A stretch of DNA of 63,358 bases, counting the filler, from Basidiobolus ranarum (lineage: Eukaryota): NCBI GenBank assembly GCA_040143965.1. It is 12 parts of 12 records of this genome, joined end to end, with 100 filler letters (N's around TTAATTAATTAA, not from the genome) between each part and the next. Parts side by side here need not be neighbours in the genome. Positions count along the whole stretch, not along the records: positions 58,179 to 63,358 come from JASJQH010008557.1; 11 more parts are not named here. One strand, 5' to 3'. The notes beneath the pieces were generated by a model, which worked only from the letters and a program-made list of their open reading frames with translations, had not been told where the DNA came from and did no database searches. A program made the translations under genes and the position numbers. This document shows, piece by piece, positions 62,807 through 63,358 of the stretch (within the stretch, counting starts at the first letter, position 1; every line of letters starts with the position of its first letter).

Positions 62807-63149
62807 AGTAACAATAGGAGAGTTGAGTCGTCATTCCCGCACTAAATATTGTTTAATCCCGATACTCTTTTACCATTTCTATGCATTATTTAATTCCATT
62901 CAAAACATTAACCAAAGTAGCCATACTGTCATGTTGACAATATCTATTAAAGTGAACTTAATTTCAAAGCTGTGCACGATTTTAAGTTTAATTCCCATGA
63001 TTTATTTTCATTGTCAGATTAAATTTGACTCACCAAGATTTATGATACCGATAGGTTTACTGAGAATTATACCTCTCACAGGTCTACTGAGACTCATAAT
63101 ACTGACAAGTCTACTCACAAATCTACCGAGGCTCACGCATCGAGTTAGG

Positions 63150-63358
63150 GGGGAGACAGTCACCAAGAGGTGAAATCTTTATTTCAAACAACACAAAGAA
63201 GCCATAACTACTTTTGTAGTTTCTTAATCAAAGTGTGAAGTTCTGGAGTATTGGTATCAATGTTGCAAAGTAGAAAAGTTAAGTCAGTAGAGTCTAAGAC
63301 ACTATTAAGTGGAGTGGGAGGGAGCAATAGAGGTAAAAATGGTTTGTCAACAATAGAA
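63150..63358 (-). repeat. Dispersed repeat, inverted copy of 897-1105
   Basis: Direct alignment of the reverse complement. Confidence 0.9.

Overview
This window is not one locus. It is 12 unrelated contigs of about 5.2 kb (5201, 5197, 5194, 5192, 5191, 5190, 5185, 5184, 5183, 5181, 5180, 5180 bp, sorted by decreasing length), joined by artificial 100-nt linkers (N44-TTAATTAATTAA-N44), so nothing can be inferred from neighbourhoods across linkers. The DNA is eukaryotic and fungal: it has short GT-AG introns with CTAAC/CTAAT branch points, a 60S P2 gene, a WC-2-like GATA factor and an arrestin-fold gene. The gene mix suggests an early-diverging fungus such as Basidiobolus (inference). Housekeeping genes include proline dehydrogenase, tyrosine aminotransferase, a stomatin, an alkenal reductase, an SMP/C2 protein and a probable Gon7. 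Secreted or bacterial-type genes include a CHAP amidase, a GH46 chitosanase, an AA11-like LPMO with a CBM5/12 module, a CBM18 protein, an M28 aminopeptidase and small orphan secreted proteins. There is also an NRPS fragment (E-C-A-T-C) and a decayed adenylation domain. Much of the rest is degraded Ty1/copia elements (two LTR families) and a long-TIR element, all almost free of CpG. The most interesting candidates are (i) an intronless ~625-aa orphan with motifs of a non-canonical class I terpene-cyclase fold plus CxxC pairs, and (ii) direct evidence of repeat-targeted CpG mutation.
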